Part shown: piece after piece, positions 1 to 9,063 of the stretch
Numbering within the stretch: position 1 is the stretch's first letter
Layout of the letters: every line of letters begins with the position of its first letter
Source: Myxococcota bacterium
GTDB lineage: Bacteria > Myxococcota_A > Polyangia > Polyangiales > Sandaracinaceae
Assembly: GCA_036149055.1 (NCBI GenBank)
Contig: JAYZQJ010000204.1
Location: forward strand, 1-64,000
DNA: 64,000 bases
Reading direction: 5' to 3'
The notes under the pieces: generated by a model
What the model saw: only the letters and a program-made list of their open reading frames with translations
What the model was told of the DNA's origin: nothing
Databases searched by the model: none
Translations under genes and position numbers: made by a program

Positions 1-2
1 AG

Positions 3-1052
3 CGCGCGGTCGAGCGGCTCCTTCGCACCGAGGGCGTGACCCACGTCGCGCTCATGCCCGACGCCCACCTCGCGGAGGACGTCTGCGTCGGCACCGTGCT
101 CGCGAGCGAAGATCGCGTGTTCCCGGGCGCCGTCGGCGGCGACATCGGCTGCGGCATGCGCGCGCTCCGCTTCGACGTGGACGCCGACGCGGTCGATCGA
201 CGCGCCGCGGCCGACATCCTGAACGGGCTCTTCGCCCGGGTGCCCATCCTGAAGCACGCGGCGCCCCCCGAACGAGAGCCTCCGCCGCCGCCGCCCTCGC
301 TCGCCCGGCGCGCCGCGCGCGAAGGCCGCGTGCAGCTCGGGACGCTCGGGCGCGGCAACCATTTCCTGGAGCTGCAGCGCGACGGGCGGGGCGCGCTCTG
401 GGCGATGATCCACACCGGCTCGCGCGGCCTCGGCCCCGCCATCCGCGCCGCCCACGAGGCGGGCGCCGAGCGGACCTCGACCGGGCTGGCGTTCCTGCCC
501 GCGGGCGCCCCGCGCGCCGACGCCTATCTCGCCGAGGCGGCCTGGGCGCGCGCCTGGGCGGAGGCGAGCCGCTCGGCGATCGAGCGGGAGCTCACCGAGA
601 TCCTGCGCGAGGTGCTCGACGCGGCGCCCGAGCCAGACACGCGCGTCGACGTCGATCACAACCACGTGCAGCGCGAGGTGCACGAGGGGCGCGCGCTCTT
701 CGTGCATCGGAAGGGCGCGATGCACGCGCCGCCCGGGCGGATCGGGGTGATCCCCGGTTCGATGGGCACCGCCAGTCATCACGTCGAGGGCACCGGCCAC
801 CCGCCGGCGCTCGCGTCCTGCTCCCACGGCGCCGGGCGGGCGATGAGCCGGAGCGAGGCGCGCCGCCGCATCGACACGCGCCGCCTGTTCGCGGAGACCG
901 AGGGCGTCTTCTTCGACCACCGCATCGCGCGGCGGCTGCGAGAGGAGGCGCCGAGCGCCTACAAGGACATCGACGCGGTGATGCGCGCCCAGCGGGAGCT
1001 GGTGAAGGTGCGCCGCACGCTGACTCCAGTGCTGGTCTACAAAGGCGCGTGA
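3..1052 (+). CDS. rtcB: RtcB-family RNA ligase (5' end lies outside the window)
   Basis: Motifs MPDAH, GGDIGCG, GNHFLE, HTGSRG, HRKGA, PGSMG, SHGAGR, EEAPSAYKD; the frame stays open upstream of the listed GTG at 36 to the window edge. Confidence 0.92.
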   Translation, partial: RAVERLLRTEGVTHVALMPDAHLAEDVCVGTVLASEDRVFPGAVGGDIGCGMRALRFDVDADAVDRRAAADILNGLFARVPILKHAAPPEREPPPPPPSLARRAAREGRVQLGTLGRGNHFLELQRDGRGALWAMIHTGSRGLGPAIRAAHEAGAERTSTGLAFLPAGAPRADAYLAEAAWARAWAEASRSAIERELTEILREVLDAAPEPDTRVDVDHNHVQREVHEGRALFVHRKGAMHAPPGRIGVIPGSMGTASHHVEGTGHPPALASCSHGAGRAMSRSEARRRIDTRRLFAETEGVFFDHRIARRLREEAPSAYKDIDAVMRAQRELVKVRRTLTPVLVYKGA

Positions 1053-1066
1053 AGTACGTTGAGGGG

Positions 1067-2155
1067 GTGCGCTGGTCGTGCCTCCTCTTCGTGCTCGCCG
1101 CCTGCGGAGCCCCGCCGACCGCGCCGCGTCGAGCGGAGCGCGCGCCGGAGCCGTCGCCGATCGTGGCGGCTCCGGAGCCGGCGCCGCGCTGCGCGATCGA
1201 AGTGCACACCGGCGACGCGATCGAGATCGCGCTGGCCGACCTCGAGCCCTTCACCGCCGCGATCGATCGGGGCGCGGCCACGCTCACCCCCACCGACGAT
1301 CCCGCGCGCTACGCGATCGCGGTGGCGTCGCCCCTCCGCTTCGACGCGACCGCGCGGAGCGACGGGCAGATGCTGGAGCTCGCCGTCGCCGGGGAGCGCG
1401 CCGCGGGGGCGGTCACCGTCGCCCCGGGCACGCTCGTGCGCACCCTGCACGCGCGCGGCGATCAGCTGGTCGCCGAGCTGCAGCTCGGTCACCGCGTGCC
1501 GGGCGCGCGCCGCGGGCTCGAGCTCGCGGTCGGGCCGGTGCCGATCGACTGCGCCGACGTGCGCGCGGTGAGCTCGGATCGGCTCCCGCTCGCGACGCCG
1601 ACGCCGCTGCCCAGCGTGGCCATCCGCGTCGCCGATCCGCCGCTGACCCTGCGCCCGGTCCGGGCCGCGCCGGCCGAGGTCACGCTGACGCCGCTCGAGC
1701 GGGGCGTGCCGGTGCCCGTCTGGGTCCTCGAGGAGCACGGGGACGACGCGCGGGTGGCGGTGGCGTTCGGGGACGAGACCCGGGTCGAGGGCTGGGCCAC
1801 GCGAGCGTCGCTGCGGGCGCCGAGCGACGAGGAGGCGATCTGGATCGAGGCGATCACCGCCGACGTCGACCCCGGAGAGGCGGTGCACGCGTGGGGCGGG
1901 CACGCGGCGCCCGAGCCCACCCCCGAGGAGAACGTCTACGTCGGCGTCGCCTCGCTCCGGCCGTCGAGCCCGGTCCTCGCGTCGCCCGACGGGCCGCGCT
2001 GGGCCGAGAGCGTCGACGTTCCGCTCGAGGTCCGGGTGCGCTGGGATCGCGAGGCGGACCACGCGCAGCTGCTCCGGATCCCGGGCCTCTTCGTCTCGGC
2101 CGAGCGCGCCTGGGTGCGCCTCCGCTCGCTCTCGATCCCGTCGCGCGGCGACTGA
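1067..2155 (+). CDS. Hypothetical lipoprotein
   Basis: Lipobox LAAC after a hydrophobic stretch; GTG at 1067 with TACGTT 6 nt upstream (ORF track start 1049 is the alternative). Confidence 0.6.
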   Translation: MRWSCLLFVLAACGAPPTAPRRAERAPEPSPIVAAPEPAPRCAIEVHTGDAIEIALADLEPFTAAIDRGAATLTPTDDPARYAIAVASPLRFDATARSDGQMLELAVAGERAAGAVTVAPGTLVRTLHARGDQLVAELQLGHRVPGARRGLELAVGPVPIDCADVRAVSSDRLPLATPTPLPSVAIRVADPPLTLRPVRAAPAEVTLTPLERGVPVPVWVLEEHGDDARVAVAFGDETRVEGWATRASLRAPSDEEAIWIEAITADVDPGEAVHAWGGHAAPEPTPEENVYVGVASLRPSSPVLASPDGPRWAESVDVPLEVRVRWDREADHAQLLRIPGLFVSAERAWVRLRSLSIPSRGD

Positions 2156-2172
2156 CGCGACGACTGACGCGA
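2149..2172. repeat. Perfect 12-bp tandem duplication (cgactgacgcga x2)
   Basis: Read directly; spans the stop codon of the upstream lipoprotein gene. Confidence 0.85.
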
Positions 2173-2261
2173 TGCGCCACGACCGTCGCCGTCCGCCACG
2201 CCCCGCCGGCCGGATGTCACGGGGGCGCGCTTCGGTACCCCCCTTGCGTGGAGGCCCGGTG

Positions 2262-2432
2262 ATGCCTCACGGATCTCGCCGCTCCCGGGCCAAGCGCCCC
2301 GGTCACTGGTTCCTCTACCCGCGGGACCGCCGCCCGCAGGCGACGGCCCCGTGGCCCGAGCCGCTCGCTCAGGGCAGCGGCAAGAAGCGCTCGCGAGAGA
2401 CGGCGCCCTCGGCGACCTCCTCGGGCAAGTAG
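2262..2432 (+). CDS. Candidate small basic protein (56 aa)
   Basis: GGAGG at 2250-2254, 7 nt before ATG 2262; its 3' end overlaps the convergent acylase gene. Confidence 0.3.
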   Translation: MPHGSRRSRAKRPGHWFLYPRDRRPQATAPWPEPLAQGSGKKRSRETAPSATSSGK

Positions 2433-5400
2433 CGCATCGGGATCGTCTCGTTCGCGAGCCAGCGCCGCGCCTGGTCCGCGAAGTGCGCGTTGCCCGGGAT
2501 GCCGCTCTGGCCGCCCGGGAGGATGTTCTCCCCGCGCACGCCGTCGGGCCCGAGCGAGATGACCATGCGGAACACCGGCCCGCTGCCGTGGCTGAAGGTC
2601 TCGCCGTCGAGCCCCGGGTTGGCGGCGTCGACGTCGAACTGATCGGCCGGCCGCGGGAACCAGCGGAGCCCCGCCCTCGGATCGTCCGCCGGGAGGTCGT
2701 CGGCGAGCGGCAGCACGCTGGTCGAGATGTTGAACATGTCGAGCAGCGCGCCGAGGCCGTCCGCGTCGTCGAGGAAGCCGGCGAGCAGCGACTCGAAGCG
2801 CACCTGGTGGCGCAGGCCCCAGAGGTAGGCGCTCATGTCCGTCGTCCCGTAGCCGCCGACGCCGGGCTCGGTGGGGTCCTGGGCCAGGAAGTCGAGCGCC
2901 TCCGCGAGCGCGCGCAGCCCGATCTCCTGGCTGCGCTCGGTCTCCGGGGTGGCGACGTCGTCGAAGAAGACCGACTCCTCGGTGGTCGGGCTCCACGAGC
3001 CGAGGCCCTCCGGGTTACCGGGGCCGCGCCCGTTCACCAGGAGCTGGATGGTCATCATGGTGAACGTGTCGCCGGTGACCGCCGGGGAGAGGCGCCGGTC
3101 GATGGCCTCGTCGCCCAGGGTGCCGCGCACGAAGCGGGGGAACCAGTGGTTGAAGAGCGTGGTCGCGACGCTCATCTCCGCGTCGGTCGCCGCCGGCGTC
3201 GAGTAGAAGGTCTCCACCCCGCTCGGCGTCGGGTAGCCGGCGTCACGCCACGCGAGGATGCGCGTCTCCACCTCGGTGAAGCGGGCCTCGTTGGCGGTCC
3301 AGAGCGCCGCCAGCCGGACCTCGTGCGGCTCGGTCGGCGACCCGAGCGAGAGCGTGCGCGCCTCGTCGATCACCTCGAGCAGGAGCGGCGCCCAGTCCTC
3401 GCCCAGGTTGGAGTGGTGGTCCCCCTGCAGGCGCTGCATCTCCTCGAAGCTCGCCTCCTCCGCGGCGATCGCCGCCTGGAGCCGCTCGTCGATGCGCCGC
3501 GCGCGGTAGCCCTCGATCCACGGCCCGCCGATGTAGTAGGGGTCGTCGAAGAGATCGCCGTCGGTCGCGATGTTCCCCGGGTCGTGGTTGGCGTGCATGA
3601 CGTACTGACGCGCCGGGTTGAGGGCCTGAGGCCACTGGTCGAAGGGCACCGCGCACTCGGTGGGCCCGCCGGCCGCGGCCGCCGCCTCGTCCACGCGCCC
3701 CTGCGCGTCGAGCGGGATCGACCAGGCGCCGTAGCGGGTGCCGTCGATGAGGCGCCGCGGGTCGGCGCCCGCGATCCAGACGTTGGTGCCGGCGTCGCGC
3801 GGGAGGTGATCGCGGCAGGGCACCGCGTGGTAGGCGGAGTAGAGCACCGAGCCCTCGGCGTCGGCCGCCATCATGCTGCCGCCGTAGCCGATGAAGTGGC
3901 GCATCGCCTGGCGGAAGTCCTCGACGTCGTCCGAGTCGGCGAACTGCCGGAACGCCCGGAGCAGCGTGCCGCCGTCGAACGGGCCGTAGTAGAAGCTCAC
4001 CGCGCTGATCACGCCGTCGCCGTCCTGGTCCGACGGCACGATCCAGTCACCCATCAGGTTCACCCGCGCCTCGCCCGGGCCGAGCGGCTCGTCGGCGGTG
4101 ACGCTGCGCCCCTCGATCGAGGTGATGAAGCGTCCGTCGAAGGTCACGAAGCGGGCGAGCTCCTCGGTGCGCCCGACGCTGTCGAGCTCGGGCACGTCGC
4201 GGATCTCGAAGGTCTCGTCGACGCGGACGAGCGGCCGATCCTCACCCTCGAAGCGCGAGAAGGCCGGCACGCCGTCGTCGTCGAGCACGAGCTCCTCGGT
4301 GTACCAGTCGGTCACGTCGGCGAAGTAGGCGGTCTGCGTCCAGGAGATGCGCCCGTTGGTGCCCACGCCCATCAGCGGCAGGCCGGCGAGGGTCGCGCCC
4401 ATCAGCCGCTGCGGGTCCTCGGCGCCCATGAGCTCGGTGTCGAGGCCGTACTGCCAGAAGAGCGCGGGCACGCTGAGCTGCAGGTGGCCGTCCCCCGCGA
4501 GGAGGGAGCCGCCGCCGGTGGTCGCGCTGCCCATGACCGCCCAGGAGTTCGATCCCCAGCCCTCGTGACCGCTCGGGTGGATGCGGGCGTCGACGCGCTC
4601 GAGGTGCGAGACGAGCCGATCGAGGGCGCTCCGCTCGACCCGCGGCCGGTCGGCGGGGATCGGGCGGCGCACCGGGCGCTCGTCCACGATCGGCGCGGAG
4701 GTGCGCCCGGTCGTCTCGAGGCCCCAGCCGGCCGCCGACGAGCTGTCGTTCGGCGGCGCGTAGCGCTCGATGATGTCCTGCTGCAGGCCAGCGCGCCGCA
4801 GCGCCTCGTCGGGCGCGCCCACGAAGTGCTCGTCGAGCGGGCGGGCGTGCGCGGCGGCGCGGCCGGGGTCGCCGGTCTCGTAGCTCGTGCTGTAGAGGAT
4901 CGTGGCTCCGGTCGCGACGACGTCGCGGCGGTCCCAGGGGATCATCAGGTCGACCGGGCGGCGGCCGCCGAGCACCGCGAAGGCGAGCTCCAGCTCCTTG
5001 GGCGGCGGGAGCTGACGAGCGCGCACCGCCTCGATGTAGCCGTTGACCCCGTCGGCGAACGCGTCGAGCTCGGCCGCCTCGTCGTCGGAGAGCTGCTCCA
5101 GGAAGAGGTCGGTCACGTAGGTCGCGCCGATCTGACGGTTCTCGATGTCGGAGCCGAGCGCCGCGTCCCCGATGAGCTCGCTCAGCGTCCCCTGCGAGAG
5201 GCGCGAGGTGAGGTCCATCTGGAAGAAGCGGTCCTTCGCCATCACGAAGCCGAGCACCCGCATCGCGTCGAGGCGGTTGGCGGCGTAGACGTGGGGCACG
5301 TCCATCTCGGTGCGCACCACGTGCGCGTGCGCTTCGAGGTGCGGGACCCGGAACCGCCCGGTCTCCTCGAGCTCGGCGAAGACCTCCGGCGGCGGCGGAT

Positions 5401-5521
5401 CGGGCGGCCCCGCGTCCGGCGCCTGGCCGTCCGGGCCGCCGTCGACCGGCGCCTCTCCGTCGTCACATCCCGTCAGCGCGAGCGCCACGCAGGCGCACAG
5501 ACCCACCCACCGTCCAAGCAT
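2369..5521 (-). CDS. Penicillin acylase family (Ntn hydrolase) lipoprotein
   Basis: N-terminal lipobox LTGC; alpha-chain motifs VPHVYA and DRFFQMDL; beta-chain start GSNSWAV with catalytic Ser; DGHL; C-terminal PGGQSG..HFADQ. Confidence 0.9.
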   Translation of the reverse strand: MLGRWVGLCACVALALTGCDDGEAPVDGGPDGQAPDAGPPDPPPPEVFAELEETGRFRVPHLEAHAHVVRTEMDVPHVYAANRLDAMRVLGFVMAKDRFFQMDLTSRLSQGTLSELIGDAALGSDIENRQIGATYVTDLFLEQLSDDEAAELDAFADGVNGYIEAVRARQLPPPKELELAFAVLGGRRPVDLMIPWDRRDVVATGATILYSTSYETGDPGRAAAHARPLDEHFVGAPDEALRRAGLQQDIIERYAPPNDSSSAAGWGLETTGRTSAPIVDERPVRRPIPADRPRVERSALDRLVSHLERVDARIHPSGHEGWGSNSWAVMGSATTGGGSLLAGDGHLQLSVPALFWQYGLDTELMGAEDPQRLMGATLAGLPLMGVGTNGRISWTQTAYFADVTDWYTEELVLDDDGVPAFSRFEGEDRPLVRVDETFEIRDVPELDSVGRTEELARFVTFDGRFITSIEGRSVTADEPLGPGEARVNLMGDWIVPSDQDGDGVISAVSFYYGPFDGGTLLRAFRQFADSDDVEDFRQAMRHFIGYGGSMMAADAEGSVLYSAYHAVPCRDHLPRDAGTNVWIAGADPRRLIDGTRYGAWSIPLDAQGRVDEAAAAAGGPTECAVPFDQWPQALNPARQYVMHANHDPGNIATDGDLFDDPYYIGGPWIEGYRARRIDERLQAAIAAEEASFEEMQRLQGDHHSNLGEDWAPLLLEVIDEARTLSLGSPTEPHEVRLAALWTANEARFTEVETRILAWRDAGYPTPSGVETFYSTPAATDAEMSVATTLFNHWFPRFVRGTLGDEAIDRRLSPAVTGDTFTMMTIQLLVNGRGPGNPEGLGSWSPTTEESVFFDDVATPETERSQEIGLRALAEALDFLAQDPTEPGVGGYGTTDMSAYLWGLRHQVRFESLLAGFLDDADGLGALLDMFNISTSVLPLADDLPADDPRAGLRWFPRPADQFDVDAANPGLDGETFSHGSGPVFRMVISLGPDGVRGENILPGGQSGIPGNAHFADQARRWLANETIPMRYLPEEVAEGAVSRERFLPLP

Positions 5522-5575
5522 GCGGGGCAGCCTATCGGATACGGCGCCCGGTGCGTAGTCAGCCCTGGTGCGCGA

Positions 5576-6202
5576 TCAGCCGGGGTCGCGCGCGGGCCGC
5601 GGCTCGCGGAAGCAGAGCTCGACGCCGCGCAGGCCCTCGCCGAGCGCCATGGTCCAGCCCTCCGCCACCGGGACGAGGTGATCGCTGCAGAGGCGCATCC
5701 CGCTGTCGGCGAGGGACATGCGGCCGGTCTGGAAGACCAGCGTGCGGTCGTCGCAGCCGCTCTCCTGGAGGAACTGCGGGTTCTGGTAGGGGCGCGCCGC
5801 GGCCGCGGCGGCGGCGCGCACGTCGAGGGTCCGGCCCTCGAGGCTGACGCTCGCGCCGTTGTGTCCCTCGAGCCGCAGGGCGGCGCCGCTCGGATCGCAG
5901 ACGGTGACGGTCACCTCGACCTCGTGCAGGCCGGAGACGTCCACCGCGGCGGTCGCGCCGTCGAGCCGGACCCGCTCTCCGCAGGTGGTCTCGCCGTGCG
6001 CGGGGTCGATCTCGCAGGACTCGGAGCAGAGCGCGGTCTCCGCCATCGTGACCTCGGGATCGCAGAGCGCGCCCGCCTGGGTGGTCGGGCCGTCGACGAT
6101 GTCCGGCTGGCCCACGAGGGGCTGCTCGAAGGCGACGAGCTGTACGCAGCCGCTCGCCAGCAGCGCGAGGGCGGGGAGGAGACGCGTCATCGGCGGCGTC
6201 AT
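5576..6202 (-). CDS. Hypothetical Cys-containing lipoprotein
   Basis: Lipobox ASGC; GC3-rich codons; GGGAGG upstream. Confidence 0.6.
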   Translation of the reverse strand: MTPPMTRLLPALALLASGCVQLVAFEQPLVGQPDIVDGPTTQAGALCDPEVTMAETALCSESCEIDPAHGETTCGERVRLDGATAAVDVSGLHEVEVTVTVCDPSGAALRLEGHNGASVSLEGRTLDVRAAAAAAARPYQNPQFLQESGCDDRTLVFQTGRMSLADSGMRLCSDHLVPVAEGWTMALGEGLRGVELCFREPRPARDPG

Positions 6203-6297
6203 ACCTCCCCGGACGCGAATCAGCCAGGCGCCGGCCGTGTGGAGGTGTCTCGCCCCGAGTCACTCAAGATCTCGCGCGGGCACGCCGTTGGATCCGC

Positions 6298-9063
6298 GTG
6301 ATGTACCCCCGCGCACGCTGGTTCCCGCTCGCCGCCTGGCTTCTGTTGCCGCTCGCGGTGGTCGGCGACGCTCGCGCGGACGCCGATCCCGAGGTCACCC
6401 CCGTCGAGATCCGGTCGCTCGAGGGCGGGGTGTCGGTCGCGGGGATGTGGCACTTCACCCGGGACGACGACCCGGCCAACGCCGACCCCGCGCGCTCCAC
6501 CGAGGGCTGGGTCGCGCTCTCGACGCCCGGGCCGTGGGCCGGCGCCTACGAGGACGCCGAGCCGTTCCGGGTGGGCTGGTACCGCCGCGAGCTCCGCTTC
6601 GACCCGTCGCTGGTGGGCCAGGAGGTCGACCTCCTCGTCGACACCTACATGGCCGGCCTCGACGTCTACGTCGACGGGGAGCGCGTCTACCACCGCGGCG
6701 AAGCGAACATCTACGAGTCCTACTACGCCATCCGCGCCGTCCCGGTGAGCTTCACCGTCGAGCGGCCGGTGCACGTGGTCGCGATCCGGGTCGACACCCC
6801 GCTCATGGTCGGCGTCTACCAGCTGCCCTTCGAGCTGCGGGCCCACGGCGACCACAGCGCGGCGCTCATCGCCTACGAGAGCTTCAACGGCGACTTCCGG
6901 GTGCTGCTCGGCTCGGTGATCTTCTTCTTCGGGCTGTTCTTCCTGTTCCTCGCCTGGCGGGTCCGTCAGCGCGCGTACCTCGTGGCCGGCCTGGCCTGCG
7001 TCGCGCTCTTCCCGTTCCTGGTCGGGACTTCGGACACCTTCGCCGCGTTCGTGGAGCCGGAGCTGCTGCTCCTGATGATCTACCCGGCGATCGCGACCCA
7101 GGGCGCGCTGAACCACCTCTTCATGCAGAGCGTGGCCGGCCGGCCGATGCCGCGCTTCAACCGGTACCTGATCGCCTTCGCGGCGCTGCTCTTCGTCGCG
7201 GACGTGTCGCAGCTCGTCTTCTTCCACCACTCGTTCTTCCTCGTGGCTCGGAAGCTCACGTTCCTGTCGGGCCTGGTGCTCGGCGCGCACGCCACCTACC
7301 TCGGCGTGCGGGGCTGGCGCGAGGGGCGGCGCGGCGCGCTCACCCTGAGCTTCGGCACGTTCGCCTACATCGTGGCGGCGGCGCACGACACGCTCATCGC
7401 GCTCGGGAAGATCCACAGCACCGGGCTGGTGCTCATCGGGACGCTCTGCGTCACCGGCGCGATGATCGCGATCGCGGTCGACCGCTTCGCCAACACCTTC
7501 CTCGAGAACCGGAGGCTCCTCGACGACGTCCGGGAGATGAACGAGAACCTCGAGTCGCTCGTCGAGCAGCGGACCGCGCAGCTCCACGCCCGTCAGAAGG
7601 ACATGGCCGAGATCCTGGCCAACGTGCCGGAGGCGATCGTGGCCGTCGTGCCCGGCCTCACGCTGCACGAGGAGCACTCGGCGTGCGCGCCGGAGATCCT
7701 CGGGGTCGACGCCGTCCCCGGCGCCGACGTGATGGAGGCGGTGTTCGCCGGGGCCGAGCTCGACGACGACCGGCGCGACCAGGTCCAGGGCGCCCTCCTC
7801 GCCATCGTGGGCGAGGACTCGGTCAACCACCTGATCAACGAGCACCTCCTGCCCGACGAGCTCTCCCGGGTCCGGCCCGACGGCTCTCGTCAGCACCTCG
7901 AGCTGTCGTGGGCGCCGATCGAGGATCCCGACGAGACGGTCGGCAAGATGCTGCTCAGCGTGCGTGACGTGACCGAGCTCCGCGAGCTGCGGGGCGCGGC
8001 CGAGGCGAGGTCCCGGGAGCTGGCCCGGATCGGCCAGCTGATCGCGGTCGGCGTGGAGACCGCGCCGCGCCTCCTGTCGGATGGCCGCCGGCTCGTCGAT
8101 CGCGCGCAGTCGACCCGCCTGGACGACGCGGAGTCGGTCCGCGAGCTCAAGCGCTTCGCGCACACGCTCAAGGGCGAGGCCCGGACCTACGGGCTCGGCG
8201 CCCTCGCGGCGGGCGTGCACAACCTCGAGACCGCCTGCACCGCCGGGGACGACGCGCCCGAGGAGGTGCGGCTCGCGACGGAGGCGCTCGCCGAGGAGGT
8301 GACCGCGCTGACCCACGTGTGGACCGACAAGCTGGGCCACGACGCGAACGAGGGCGCCCGGCGCACGGAAGACCAGCGGCGCATCCAGCGCGCGCTCACC
8401 CTGCTCGCCTCGGCCGCCAACGACGCCGCGCACGCGGCGCGGGCCGAGCTCGAGCGGGTGGGGAGGGCGCCGCTCGCCGAGCTGCTCGAGGACGAGATCG
8501 GCGCGGCGCGTCGCCTCGCCGAGGAGCGGGGCAAGGCGGCGCCGACGATCACCGTCGACGGCGAGGCGATCCTGCTCGACCGCGACGGCGAGGGCCGCGA
8601 GCTGGTGCGCGCGCTCGGCCACGTGCTGCGCAACGCCGTGGACCACGGGCTGGAGGCGCCGGAGGCGCGGCTCGCGCAGGGCAAGCCCGAGGCGGGCACC
8701 ATCCGCGTGACCGTCTCGCGGGCCGGCGACCGGCTCACGGTCCGGGTGAGCGACGACGGACGCGGCCTGGATCTCGCGGCCATCGCCGAGAAGGCGGGCC
8801 TGGAGGAGGGCGCCGACCCGTCCGAGGTCGCGCAGCAGATCTTCCGCAGCGGGCTCTCGACCGCCTCGCAGGTGGACCTCGTGTCCGGCCGCGGCGTCGG
8901 GATGGACGCGGTCGCGCGAATGATGACGAGCCTCGGTGGGGGGGCCGAGGTGGAGCTGGGTGAGGTGAACGAGACCACCGGGAGGCGCGCGTTCGCGCTC
9001 CGGCTCCGGATGGTCGATCCCGGCGCGACGCAGGTCGCCGGGCTCCGAGGACGGGTAGGGTGA
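6298..9063 (+). CDS. Membrane-anchored CheA-like histidine kinase (extracellular beta-sandwich, about 7 TM helices of 7TM-DISM type, PAS-like, HPt, HATPase_c; no CheW domain)
   Basis: Signal peptide; GH2-N/galactose-binding-like motifs WHFTRDD and GWYRREL; run of hydrophobic helices; HPt AHTLKG; CheA-type N box HVLRNAVDHGLE; G1 DDGRGLD; G2 SGRGVGMD; the protein ends soon after the ATPase domain. Confidence 0.85.
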   Translation: MMYPRARWFPLAAWLLLPLAVVGDARADADPEVTPVEIRSLEGGVSVAGMWHFTRDDDPANADPARSTEGWVALSTPGPWAGAYEDAEPFRVGWYRRELRFDPSLVGQEVDLLVDTYMAGLDVYVDGERVYHRGEANIYESYYAIRAVPVSFTVERPVHVVAIRVDTPLMVGVYQLPFELRAHGDHSAALIAYESFNGDFRVLLGSVIFFFGLFFLFLAWRVRQRAYLVAGLACVALFPFLVGTSDTFAAFVEPELLLLMIYPAIATQGALNHLFMQSVAGRPMPRFNRYLIAFAALLFVADVSQLVFFHHSFFLVARKLTFLSGLVLGAHATYLGVRGWREGRRGALTLSFGTFAYIVAAAHDTLIALGKIHSTGLVLIGTLCVTGAMIAIAVDRFANTFLENRRLLDDVREMNENLESLVEQRTAQLHARQKDMAEILANVPEAIVAVVPGLTLHEEHSACAPEILGVDAVPGADVMEAVFAGAELDDDRRDQVQGALLAIVGEDSVNHLINEHLLPDELSRVRPDGSRQHLELSWAPIEDPDETVGKMLLSVRDVTELRELRGAAEARSRELARIGQLIAVGVETAPRLLSDGRRLVDRAQSTRLDDAESVRELKRFAHTLKGEARTYGLGALAAGVHNLETACTAGDDAPEEVRLATEALAEEVTALTHVWTDKLGHDANEGARRTEDQRRIQRALTLLASAANDAAHAARAELERVGRAPLAELLEDEIGAARRLAEERGKAAPTITVDGEAILLDRDGEGRELVRALGHVLRNAVDHGLEAPEARLAQGKPEAGTIRVTVSRAGDRLTVRVSDDGRGLDLAAIAEKAGLEEGADPSEVAQQIFRSGLSTASQVDLVSGRGVGMDAVARMMTSLGGGAEVELGEVNETTGRRAFALRLRMVDPGATQVAGLRGRVG

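Noticed and set aside
1..2155. RtcB as part of an RNA-repair operon (rtcA, rtcR, prfH, Ro60)
   Set aside because: The downstream gene is an unrelated lipoprotein and the upstream context lies outside the window
2172..2368. Structured ncRNA (tRNA, SRP or 6S) in the intergenic region
   Set aside because: Only short GC stems expected by chance; no diagnostic motifs
2351..6301. 1316-aa plus-strand ORF
   Set aside because: Antisense shadow of the acylase and lipoprotein genes; stop codons are rare at this GC content and it has no motifs
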